From: Saccostrea echinata
Lineage: Eukaryota
Direction: 5' to 3'
Assembly: GCF_033153115.1 (NCBI RefSeq)
Contig: NW_026889779.1
Coordinates: 9,052,001-9,116,000 of the forward strand
Length of the DNA: 64,000 nt
The position numbers and the translations under genes were made by a program. The number at the start of each line of letters is the position of its first letter. Positions within the stretch are counted from its first letter, which is position 1. A model generated the notes under the pieces. It did not search any database. It saw nothing but the letters and a program-made list of their open reading frames with translations, and was not told the DNA's origin. Below, one piece after another: positions 27,361 through 38,954 of the stretch.

Positions 27361-30300
27361 TGTCCGCCTGTCTCAGTAACACTTTGGCCTTAGAAAATAA
27401 ATATATATAAGCCTGATACATATATGTTTCATAGTTTTTTTTCAATAAAAATAACGGGGAAAATACTTTTTCTACAACAAAGAGAAAATTTTTATCGTTA
27501 TTTTAAAATGAATTATAAAATGTTTATTCTTGATCTTTTTACTTTAAAATGGATTTAGCAGAAATGTTTATTTTTTGCAAAAAATGAATGCAATTTAAAA
27601 TTCTACGGGCGATAACTTCACACAACAGAAAATACTGCTTCCCAGTTCACAATTAGATCATTGCGTTGTTTGTTTGCATGTTTAATGAAGAAGAATTTTA
27701 TATGCTTGAAGAACAATACTTATATGTTTACTAACATGCAAGGAAGATGATATGTCAGTTTGAAATCCCAGTTGGATATTATTTATTATTTGTTGTACCG
27801 TTATGAAAAGTATCTAAATTATCCAATGCTGAGAGGAGGTCTATGAATTATTCTTTATTTGATCAAGTATGTAATATGGGTTTGACATTCACTATCCGTT
27901 TCCTATGCATGCACTCAGTTTACTTATATTTTTATAATTTTTGTCCAGTTCAGATATCGTGTCGTTGCGTTTAATGTTAGCCAAAATGCGTTTGCATCAT
28001 GACTCCCTGTTGTTCTACGCATTATCCGGTATGTCATATTTTCTCATTGCATATGAATGTTCGGTTGCTGCTTTATTCAAATGCGTACTGTTAATAAAAA
28101 CTACATATAACCTTTGTTAGAGAGCCATGCAAAATGTGTGCTTAAAATTGTTACAACGTTGCCTCTGTCGTGCATACCACCCTCCTCAAGTTATGTAACG
28201 TTAAAGAGATGAATTTGTAAATCTTAATGAATTTAAAACAACCTGCATTACAATGCACATATGTATTATGGAAATAAAATCCTTATAAGAGTATTTTCGG
28301 TAGAGAAAAGATTTCTTTTCACTTTTATACTAAAAAACCCTTTTATATTTTTATATTTTAAAACCTCGTTTCAGACAGCAAGAACGCTTAATTTGTTTAT
28401 AGGAAAGACGTACATGGCCAGAAAGGATTTTTTACCAATAGGCCACTAGTAAATTTAAGGAGTGGGTTACAACCCCGTAACCCCTTCAAAACTTGCCACT
28501 ATAGATACGCTTATACGAATCTCGCATGGTACTTGATTCTAACACAATGTGTTACAATACTTTTTTTTGTACAGTTCTATATTTTTTGCACACGCAACTT
28601 CAAATGTGCTAATATTGCCATTCATACTCAGGAAAAAATTATGTAAATTAGACTGAGAAGCTTTTTTCATAATACAACATTGTTTTTTCTATTGGTAATT
28701 CTTTTTTACATGTAACTAGAAAGGGGAAAGACGATACTACCTTGTATAAACTTGTGTCAATTCTTGGTATACCAAACACCTCTTTTTTTGAAGCAATCAA
28801 TTTTTATGTAAAAAGCCTCATTTTGCTGAAGACTTTGTTGACACTAACAAACGACAAAAAACATTGGTAAAGATTTTGAGCTAATCACTTTTTGTGTCCC
28901 TGATATCGAAGGTCAGAGGCATGTTGATTTAGTTCTGTGTTATTTTAATTTTTCACAAATGTAATCTTCAACTTTATTTTATGAGGAGAAGTTTTAAACT
29001 TTATTCATAGAAAATCAAAGATATTTACGAGATCGAATTTTCTTATTAATCTTCCATTTTTTTTCACGCAAATTTATTTGGGTATGGTTCCAAAGCGTTA
29101 ACCTTTCTTATAACTTCTAAAGAAAAAAGGAAGACTATATTTTTATTTGTTGCACATTATTTTCCCAGAGTAAAATCAAAGAGGATTAGAATTATGGAAG
29201 CTATACATTTTTTTATTTATATGTGTCTATTTCTTACACCGGCTAAGAAAAGCATCTTGATTTTTTAAATAATTACAGCTGTGGAAACTTATTTTATTAA
29301 ATGTGATAAAACAAATCAAAGAATGTGCGACCATATAACAGTGATAGAACATCATTTTAGTCTTGTTAGGCTTTCCTCTAATGGGGATAAAACATCTTGT
29401 ATTATTAATGTATAGTATAACCTTTTAATTTTGTCATTTAAACTTTAAAACTTTTAGAAATGAACACTTCATATCATAAGGCTGCGTGATCTAACCCCTG
29501 TGTATTTGCCTAACAAGAATTTTCCTACCAAAACCATGCAGTTTTTTTTCTGGTATCAAAAAATGACACAGGTCATTATTCTACAGGGTCATTTTTCTAC
29601 AATCCACGTGGAGAAAAATGACCCCAAGGCCGTAATTTCTACAAAAAATTGGGTCATTTTTTCTATGTAGAATATTGACCAGGGGGACAAATTTCTACAT
29701 AGACAAATATTCCCGGTCAATATTCTACGGGGGTCACTTTTCGTCCTTACACCGGCTTATGTTACGGTGTTCAACCGGAAATGCTGCTTCCTCACCGCCA
29801 AATCAAATTTACGAGTAAAAATATAGTACGTATGCTCAACCACCTTTGATGCAATACAAACTCTAAATTAAAAAAAATTAAGTTAACTAAGAAATTCTCT
29901 AAACAAAACAAAACAAAAACAAACAAACAAACAAAAAACATTAATGGTAATATACTTTCTTCCCTCTTCTTCAATTAATTTGTTTAAAATATTTCATCAG
30001 GTCTCCATGTCTGCGTCATATTCTATAAATAAAGGCTGTGTTACTAATGCGGGGAGCACGTGACCCGATGTATACCTTGATGCAAAACTGCCCGCTGAGG
30101 ACTCATCTGTACATAAACGTTTAACCTTGCTGCATCAATGTTTATTTACTTCTGTAAGTGGAATAAGACCCGAAACAATATTTAAAAAATGTTAAATTCA
30201 AACTACATTTTATTTTAAAACATTTTTTTGTTTATACTATATGTCATAAATATATTTTTTGCGTTTCATATTCGTCTAGTGTTATTTATCTGTTATTACA

Positions 30301-31159
30301 ATGTACATGTATCTTTCATGTAAGACAGTCTTTGTTCACTACTCTGTAAATGAGCCGGCTCTCTGTACTTCTGAGTACTTTTATTTCTAAACAGATTAAT
30401 TCCTTAAGTCCTGAAATTTAAAGTCTTAAGCCTTTTTTGTCAAGTACACTGTATATTTTTAATATGTACACAAAGCTTAATTAAAAATCAAAACAAAAAA
30501 TTGGGGTTTATATGCTTCTTTTGGCGCTATGGTACATTTAATATGACCTTTTTGTACTAAAATTGTCTTAATCATTATAAATCACAATTTCGAAATTTTC
30601 TCTCCAATATTTTTTATCCAAATATATCATGGGACAAAATATACTACTATTTTTTCTTAGAAAAGGCACATTAAAATTGTGACAAAGAAAAAGTTTCAAA
30701 TTGCTTAGCATAATCAACTATTTGACCTTTCTGACAAATGAAAGGTCAAATGACAAATTGTCATTTTTCGGGCATTAAAAATTTATCAAGCAAGAAAATT
30801 CTTTAAAAGTCTTAAACTTTTGTTGAATTTAAGCAAATAGATCAAAGCTATCATATATTCAGAAAAGAAAATCAAAAGTGGGGGTCTATGATGTAATTTT
30901 TTAGATATTACTAAAAAAGTGTTAATTTTAAGTTAAAACTGGCTCAATTTTCCCCTGTATTTTCAGAATATATTTACTATATTTGTCACAATATGATGAT
31001 AGAATTTAATATTAAAAATAATTTAATAGATATTTCAGAACCAGCATCAAACTTTCACTGCACACAATACAGCAGCACTGTGTGCAACCAGCATGGAAAA
31101 ATAGGGATTTATACTTAACAATACTTCATAAGGGAAAATTGTTCAATTTCTTCTAAAAC

Positions 31160-32112
31160 TTTGTGAAACACTGTTGCCCCCGTGTGTCAACTTATAGCGA
31201 AGGTTAAACTTTCTCAGATGCAAATCAAATATATTGGTACCCAAAGTAAGGTCTTATCCCGAGGAATATTCCTGTGAAATATGAAGCCCTAGCAGCAACA
31301 ATTGAAAAGATATGGAAAAGGTTAAAGTTTTTCAAAAGTATGTCAAACTCCAAGGTCAAAAGGTCAAATTTGTTGGTATCCAAAGGAAGGCCTTGTTACA
31401 AGGATTACATATGTGAAGTATGAAAGCCCTAGCACAAACAGCTCAAAAGTAATGGCCAAGGTTAAAGTTTTCAAAAAGTAGGTCAAACTACAAGGGCTGT
31501 AATTGTTGGTATCTAAAGGAAGGTCTTGTCACAAGTAATACACATGTTAAGAATGAAAGCCCTAGCACCAACTGTTCAAAAGAAGTGGCCAAGGTTAACA
31601 TTTTAGAAAAGTAAGTCAAACTCCCAGGTCAAGGTCAAAGGGTCAAAGTTGTTGGTATCCAAAGGAAGATCCTGTCACAAGACATATGTGAAGTATGAAA
31701 GCCCTAGCACCAACCGTTTTAAAATTATGACCAAGGTTAAAGTTTTTTCAAAAGTAGGTCAAACTCCTAGGTCAAGGTTAAAGTTGTTGGTATCCAAAGG
31801 AAGGTCTTGTCACAAGGATTACAAATGTGAAGTATGAAAGCCCTAGCCGCAACTGTTCAAAAATTATGGCCAAGGTTAAAATTGGGTAAAATTTTGTAAA
31901 ACTGGGTCAAACTCCAAGGTCAAGATCAAAAGGTCAAATATGATGGCACCCAAAGAAAGGTCTTGTCACAAGCAATACACATGTGAAGTATGAAAGCTAT
32001 AGCTCTAACCAATCAAAAATTATAAGCATTGTTAAAGTTTTTGCGGACAAACAGATAAACAGAAAAACAGACAGACAGACGGACGGACAAGGCAAAAACT
32101 ATATACCCCCGC
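31160..32112 (+). mobile_element. Non-autonomous Helentron-type element, inverted relative of 2054-2890
   Basis: tgtgaaacactgttgccccc..., ~125-bp repeats (ggccaaggttaaagttttcaaaaagtaggtcaaactccaaggtcaa), a (GACA/GACG)n tract, and aaaactatataccccc. Confidence 0.75.
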
Positions 32113-33079
32113 AACAAAATATAGTTCCCGGCTTAATCCTATTTGTATGGAATTTAATCGCCGTTTTTTTTTCTTGAATATAGTTTAATTTGCATTGTAG
32201 AATCCAAATTTGATGTAAGAACTTAAATAAGAAATAAAGGTCCAGACAAAAAATTATTCTAAACCTCAGGATCGAACTTCCTTAAAAATGTATTTTGTTG
32301 ATTATGCAGAGGTGTCAGCCATTTTTATGGAACTCTTCTGGTTTTATCCATCAAAATATGCATACATTTTTGCCCACTAACCCACTATTTTCTTTTCGCA
32401 ATTTGATTCTGATTGTTTTCATAGAAAGAACTCTGGTTTTTCGCCTTATATTCAATGCCTTGTATCTCAAAAATACGCTCACTAACTCATTTTTACGTCG
32501 TATTTTCTTTCAAATCATGAATATCATGAATATTTTGGCAAGATTGTAAAGTTAAATAAGTTATCTCAGCAGAATACATCTTTTAAAAATCTATAAATCA
32601 TACACAAAACAAACTTCATAGAATCGGTGCCTTGGGTGTATATGAATTTCGTGAACATTTATGCAATTTTTGTTATACGTGTAGATACATAGAGGATACT
32701 GAGTGATTTCATACTTGCTTTAAATATTCGCGAGGCTTCCCAAGCGGATATACATCAACGAGGTGGATGATGCAAATACATGGATATAAAATTAAAACAA
32801 TAATAGATGTTCTTTTATCTTTACTTCATTAATCTTTGATAGATATAGAATAAGAAAACTTGGATACTTTTAAAAATAAGTGAGGCAAATCTTAGAATAT
32901 TTATTTTTTACATACCTAATGACTGGACACTGTTATTTTCTTGGTATACAGACTAATGAATACTGATTATTCTGGATTTTCAGGAATTTCGATGAGCTTA
33001 GTATCTATTGGGTCCACGTAATTGATTAGTTCTATGCTTATTTTATTGTATCATGAAATGTGAAGATAAAGAAGTTAAA

Positions 33080-34175
33080 GAACAGTGATCATGTACAAAA
33101 GTCCCTATAAACAAAATATATTGCGAGCAGAGCCAAACAGACCTCTGAAAACAGGAATGGGATCAGGTGTCATGGAGGAGTAAGCATCTCATGTCGACCG
33201 GTCAAATCTGCCTTGTGCCTCTTGTAATGATCTGTTAAAAGGAAAAACCTGTACACGATTCAGTGTAAAAATAATGGCCTAACAATTTGTAAAAAAAAAA
33301 AAGGCTTTAATCAGTATTCGACCTAACGACAGATTGCATATGCAAACAAGGTCATTATATTTGCGGAATATTGACTTTATAAGAGATTGTTGATATCCTT
33401 GTATCATCAGCTTATTTGCCAATGGTCGGCTTCGTTTTAGAAAATGTTCATACGTAGAACATACCCTTGTGTTTCGAATCAGCTGGGAGACACAAACTCT
33501 ATGTACAAGTGATAATGGTATATTGTTACGGGGGAAAAGATTGTTGACGTTAGAAATGCTGAAGTCACCAGTTGTCTTTCTATAGTAAAATATCCTAATA
33601 TGAAGCAGATGTGTCAGACTCTGGTGTCTTTTATTTCGAGTTCACTGGGATATATAGAATCAATTTCGGAATGGAAATGAATATTGTTAATCGAAAAAAC
33701 GATAAAAACGATATATCTAAATGTTGAATTGAAGTAAAAGAGAGAGACTTCTTTTCATGTAGAAGACTAGAATGAATTCTGCTTCATAAGAATACAAAAA
33801 CAGGTCTGCTAACTTGTACCGATGACAATTTCAACAGATTATTTGAAGACCAGATCACAAAACTATATAGATATTGACAATGAGAAACTCAAGCATCTTT
33901 TCTATATCAACCTTGGAGTACCTGTTTCAGAATCAGAATGATTTTACATAATAAGTATAAGTTTGCAGATTACTAATGACAAAGTGTGCGAATTGAGTTC
34001 CATTTCTATGGAAGAAGCAGTTGTCTATGATGTCAAAAAGTCTGATCTGTGGAATGGTTGTATTAAGTATTGAAAAGTCATACATTTTGAAGCTATTGAT
34101 TTTGGTGAAATTGTATGATTTCAAATTTTCTAAAAGTTTTTTGTTGTTTTTAAGTATTCACATTTGATTACGATA
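33080..34175 (-). mobile_element. Degenerate Penelope-like RT fragment, second copy
   Basis: Colinear with 25500-26765 (gggatcaggtg, gaatcagctgggaga, gatgtgtcagactctggtg, aattctgcttcata). ORF remnant YDFSILNTTIP. Confidence 0.75.
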
Positions 34176-34478
34176 AGATAGAATTGAAAAAAGAGACTGA
34201 GTTTGCTTAGCAGAATTTTAAACATACAATGCATTCGGAGAATGATCTAGCAAAGTTATCCAAAAAAGTTAAATGACTCAATATTCTTACAGACTTTCCC
34301 CACAAACTAGACAGAAGTGTCCACTACTCACTCAGGGGCGCAACATTACAGTCCTTGTCTATCCTATCGTCAAGGTCATTGAAACAAAAGTTCTCAATGA
34401 TATACTATATACAATATCATTATGTTCTTGTATCCATAAATTCAACTGGTTCTCAAGCGCAGAGAACCAACAATTTGA

Positions 34479-34777
34479 TTGATTGTATGTTGTTTTACGT
34501 CCCATTCGAGAAGCTTTCACTCATATAGATGCGTCACCAAATACCGGGGAAGGGCTTCAAATTTAGACCTCTACTCAGGACCATTGAGCAGTGAGGTTCT
34601 CAGTTTTTGAGGTCTAATCCGAAGGATCCACAACTTTCACTTCAAAGTACCGAGCGCTTGGCGAAGGAACAGTTGCTACCTATTTTTTATCGACTTAAGT
34701 CAGTCGCAGCCGTGATTCGATCACACGACCTTCCGATCATGGAGTGGGCGTTCTACCGACTGAGCTACCGTGACGGT
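34479..34777 (-). mobile_element. tRNA-derived SINE with an internal deletion
   Basis: Minus-strand head with A box TAGCTCAGTCGG and a B-box-like motif, (AATC)n tail, and 14-bp TSD aacca[a/g]caatttga at 34465 and 34778. Confidence 0.85.
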
Positions 34778-34884
34778 AACCAGCAATTTGAAAAAGAATG
34801 GGGAAGAGCCACCACAGTTAAAAGGGAAAAAAATCCGCCTGAAAAAAAAAACTCTGAAGCAGCAAAAAATCCCATACCTTTTTG

Positions 34885-35697
34885 TAGTGTTGTCAACGAG
34901 TACTCGGTTAACCGGTTAATCATCGGTTAGTAAAACTGCTACTCGGTTACTAGGATAAATCGTCCTCTTACATAGTAAATCAGTAGAAAAAATGTAATTT
35001 TTTGTTTATTCATGCCTCCCCCTTTTATTTACCATTTTATTAACCGTTAGATCAATTTAAAGTAAGACCTAATGTTTTACCAATATGATCCATTTGTTTT
35101 GATTAGTTTTTTTTCACACTTTTTATAATTGATGGCTTTGATTGTCAAGGGGTGTGTATACACGTTTTTGAAGACTTGCGTTAATTATAACCAAATCAAA
35201 TAAACCTGTGTAATCTAGTCCGCATTACAACATGAAAGACGATACCGCCACGTGTATCAAAAGCATAGAAATATTTAAAAAGAATGGCTTATTTTAAATC
35301 CGTGAGGTGTTATTTATGTAAAATGGGATTAACATATATGCTAAACCACCGCAGACTGAAATTTAACTCTGAAACCCGCGATATGTAAAGGACATCCCGC
35401 AAAACAGACAACTTTTACAGTGTGTTTTGAGAACAAATTTATTAAGATAGTGTGTGTTTGTAATTATAAATAAAATTCACATGCCGTGCATTTCCGTTTT
35501 ACAAATGATAAATATAGAAATTGTAATGACTATGATGGCATTACATATAGTGTATATTACAGTCACTAATGAGTGTATACAACGTGAACAAGGATATTTA
35601 GAGGTCTGAAGAAAAAAAAACATATGAGTATCCGGTTACTCGATCGGAAAAGTAAGCGACCAACAGGTTACTAAAAATCTTCCGATTTGACAACATT
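34885..35697. mobile_element. Possible hAT-like non-autonomous element
   Basis: Short imperfect TIR tagtgttgtcaa/ttgacaacatt with clustered subterminal CGGTTA repeats at both ends. No clean TSD. Confidence 0.4.
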
Positions 35698-36074
35698 CTT
35701 TTTTTCACATTAGCAAATAATATGATGATCAAAGATCAAATCAATTGGAAATTGTTTAAAAAAGGAGCATGGTAAACATTTTTGGCCCGTAGAACACGGG
35801 ACACTTTTTTTCTGAGTATGGTATTTTGCTATAGTAATTTTTCATTTAGATGCTCCCCCCCACTTTTTGTTGTTGTAATGTCAAGCACTGGCAAATTCCA
35901 GGATTTGAAAAAGAAATGTACTAAAAAAGTAAGACAAAGGTCCAATCCCAAGAAATAGGATTTTCGAGTTTGGACAGTTTACATTCCATTTTTCAGATTT
36001 TTTAAGAGGTTAACCTATAGTGCATATTAGGAATTTTAAAAGGTGTGAGTACTTTTTTATCTCACTTATTTCAT

Positions 36075-36167
36075 TTACCGTTTCCTATAGCAGTCCCCCT
36101 CATCTACCTGGCCGTCACAATCGTTATCGATTTCATCACCCGGAGACATCATCTTCGCATGACAACC
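36075..36167 (-). pseudogene. Orphan copy of exon 3 of the IgGFc-binding-domain genes (GCHAKMMSPGDEIDNDCDGQVDEGDCYRKR*)
   Basis: Intact acceptor ttattgtag|GGT and high similarity to 39249-39336. The phase-1 donor is lost and the frame reads into CGG TAA. Confidence 0.8.
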
Positions 36168-36244
36168 CTACAATAACAAAGGGTAAAATTAAACAAATCT
36201 TTTTTAAATATACATTCACTATAATACTCCTTCCAAAAGACAGC

Positions 36245-36948
36245 AATACAATGAGTCACAACGCTCACCTGAGTTACTTTGGCTCTGCTTTTCATGATTT
36301 GAACAATTTAGAATCTACACTACCCCAGGATGCTTCCATATATGTTTCAGCTTTTCTGGCCATTTGATTCTTGAGAAGAAGGCTTTTTCCTATATATTTC
36401 AATGTAAAACTCAGTTTAGAATTAAGACTACCCCAGGAAGCATTCCCCATATATTTCAATGTAAGATTTTGATTCCCTATTATGGCCCCACCCTACCCCA
36501 GGGGCCATGATTTGAACAATTTGGAATCTACACTTCCCCAGATATCTTCCACATAAGTTTCAGCTTTTCTGGCCCAGTGGATCTTGAGAAGATTTTCAAA
36601 GATTTTTCCTATATTTTTCAATGTAAAACTTTGATACCCTATTGAGGCCCACCCTATTCCGGGGGTATGATTTGAACAATTTAGAATCCACACTACCCCA
36701 GGATGCTTCCACATAAGTTTTAGCTTTTCTGACCCAGTGATTCTTCAGAAGAAGATTTCTTAATGATCCCACCCTATTTTTGTCTTTTCTTGATTATCTC
36801 CCCTTGTAAAAAGAATTGGCCCTTCATTTTAACAATTTAATCTTCCCTTTACCCAAAAATTCTTTGTACTAACTTTGGTTAAAATTTAACCCATTGGTTC
36901 TTGAGAAGAAGTTGAAAATGTGAAAAATTTAAGGACAGACGACGGACA

Positions 36949-36999
<51 letters not shown>
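36245..36999 (+). mobile_element. Helentron-type element carrying Cg170/HindIII-like ~166-bp satellite monomers
   Basis: cgctcacctgag at the left, repeated catgatttgaacaatttagaatctacactaccccaggatgcttcc monomers, and terminal hairpin agctcacttgagctttcagctcaggtgagct. Confidence 0.8.
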
Positions 37000-37002
<3 letters not shown>

Positions 37003-37917
37003 TGAGGATTTGATCTTCAAATTCACTTCACTGTCCAATGCTTCTCAAAATGATAAATCTTACATAATTACACATAAATAAATTTTCACGTCTTTTTTCC
37101 AGAACTACGCTGAAGTTTTGATTCTTATATTTGGAAACGCCGCGTGCACCCTATGTCAAATGTCTTGTAAACCTTGGAACTCATATCGTATCAAACAAGG
37201 TCGTAGGTGTCATCAGTGGTAACCAAAAAAAGGCTTTAAACAGGATTGTTGAAATCCTTGTAACATCAACTTATTTATAAGTAGCTTCCCTCTGTTTAAA
37301 CATTAATCGTATTCAGAGCATGCCCTTGCGTATCGAATCAGTTGGGAGACATAAACATCATAGCCAGGTGATGTTGGAAAACTTGTACATAAATAAAAGG
37401 AAATTGACGATGGAAAACTGAAGTCATCTTGTTTGACATACAGTTTTGTAATTAGTTGTCCATTATCGTAAAACATCCACATATGAAACAGATATGACAG
37501 GCTCTATTTTCGACTTAACTGAGATATATCGACATATGAATTAAAGTAACTATTGTTAGTTAATTAAACGTCGCATTAATATCTAAATGTTGATTTGGAG
37601 GCCACAGCAAGAGTTTTCATGTCTGGTTTTTGGATAAAGTATGTTCATAGGAATATAAAAACAGGTCGGATAAAAAAAAACACATTTAGTGCTCATCGGA
37701 TTTCCAAAAGATTGTTGGAAGACCTTGGCTCCAAAAACTACAAAGATATTGTCAATAAGAACTCCAGCATCTTTTTAATATCAACTTCAGCGCACTGTTA
37801 TGTAGAATCAGAGTTATTTTAAACAAAGTAATTTTGTAGATGACCAATCACAAGATATGAAAATTTACGAGTTTCATTATATTGAGGAAGCTATTGGCTA
37901 TGTTGTTAAAAAGCCTG

Positions 37918-38139
37918 GGGCCCGTTTTACAAAAGAACTTACGACTAAGATCAAAATTTTATTCTGTTTATACCTTTTTAATTTACATTGAATTGAAAAT
38001 GGTTTTAATCTTTTTAAATGGAATGGAGAAAGATATTATTACGCTAGCAATTTTTAAACATAATTATTAATTTTGCAAAATTTTACAATTCAACTTAAGT
38101 TTTTGGTCTTAGTCGTAAGTTCTTTTGTAAAACGGGCCC
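37918..38139. mobile_element. PIF/Harbinger-type MITE
   Basis: Perfect ~33-bp TIR GGGCCCGTTTTACAAAAGAACTTACGACTAAGA with 3-bp CTG TSD. An empty-site equivalent aaaagcctggattttaatttatc is visible at ~26502. Confidence 0.88.
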
Positions 38140-38274
38140 CTGCTCTTAATTTATCGTGAGGAATGGTTGGATAAAGCGTAGAAAAAGTCATATGTTTTGA
38201 TGCTATTTATGCTTGAAAAGTTTTGAAATTTCTTTTTCAAAAATTCTTTGTTTTTAGAATCCACATTTGAACTA

Positions 38275-38667
38275 CACCACTTCGTGAAGATAGCTTATAG
38301 AACAATTATACGTCTGAGGTTTCTCCTTCACAACACTTCGTGAAGATAGCTTATAGAACAGTTATACGTCTGAAGTTTCTCCTGTACAGCACTTCGTGAA
38401 GATAGCTTATAGAACAATTATACGTCTGAAGTTTCTCCTTCACAGCACTTCGTGAAGATAGCTTATAGAACAATTATACGTCTGAGGTTTCTCCTTCACA
38501 GCACTTCGTGAAGATAGCTTATAGAACAATTATACGTCTGAAGTTTCTCCTTCACAGCACTTCGTGAAGATAGCTTATAGAACAATTATACGTCTGAAGT
38601 TTCTCCTTCACAGCACTTCGTGAAGATAGCTTATAGAACAATTATACGTCTGAAGTTTCTCCTTCAC
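38275..38667. repeat. 56-bp minisatellite, 7 near-identical copies
   Basis: The unit cagcacttcgtgaagatagcttatagaacaattatacgtctgaagtttctccttca recurs at exactly 56-bp period (ttcg at 38281, 38337, 38393, 38449, 38505, 38561, 38617). Confidence 0.97.
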
Positions 38668-38954
38668 TGCAGTTAATATTTTGATGAAGAGTAAGGCTAT
38701 AATCAAAATTTGATACAGTCGATTTAGATAGATATAAGTAAATCATCGTATTTATAAATGTGTTAAGAGCAGAAATTGAGTATTAAGTTTTTACTGGGAT
38801 AGGAATAAAACTGTAGATGGAGGCGTGTTTCGAAAAAAAAAATTACAGCCGAATAGTCAAACGGACGACGGACACCTTACCAATTAATTAGCTTTTCTTG
38901 TCGTACACCCAGAGGTAAAAAATGGATTTTTTGTTTTATTGACATAAAAAAAAA

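Larger units (their letters stand above)
37200..38695 (-). mobile_element. Degenerate Penelope-like RT fragment, third copy, interrupted by a MITE and a tandem array
   Basis: Colinear with 25500-26765 (atatctaaatg...ggccacagcaag, gattgttggaagacc, catctttttaatatcaacttcag). Confidence 0.75.

Noticed and set aside
38275-38667. CRISPR-like regular repeat array
   Set aside because: Units are head-to-tail with no unique spacers, there are no cas genes, the context is eukaryotic, and the unit derives from the surrounding retroelement.
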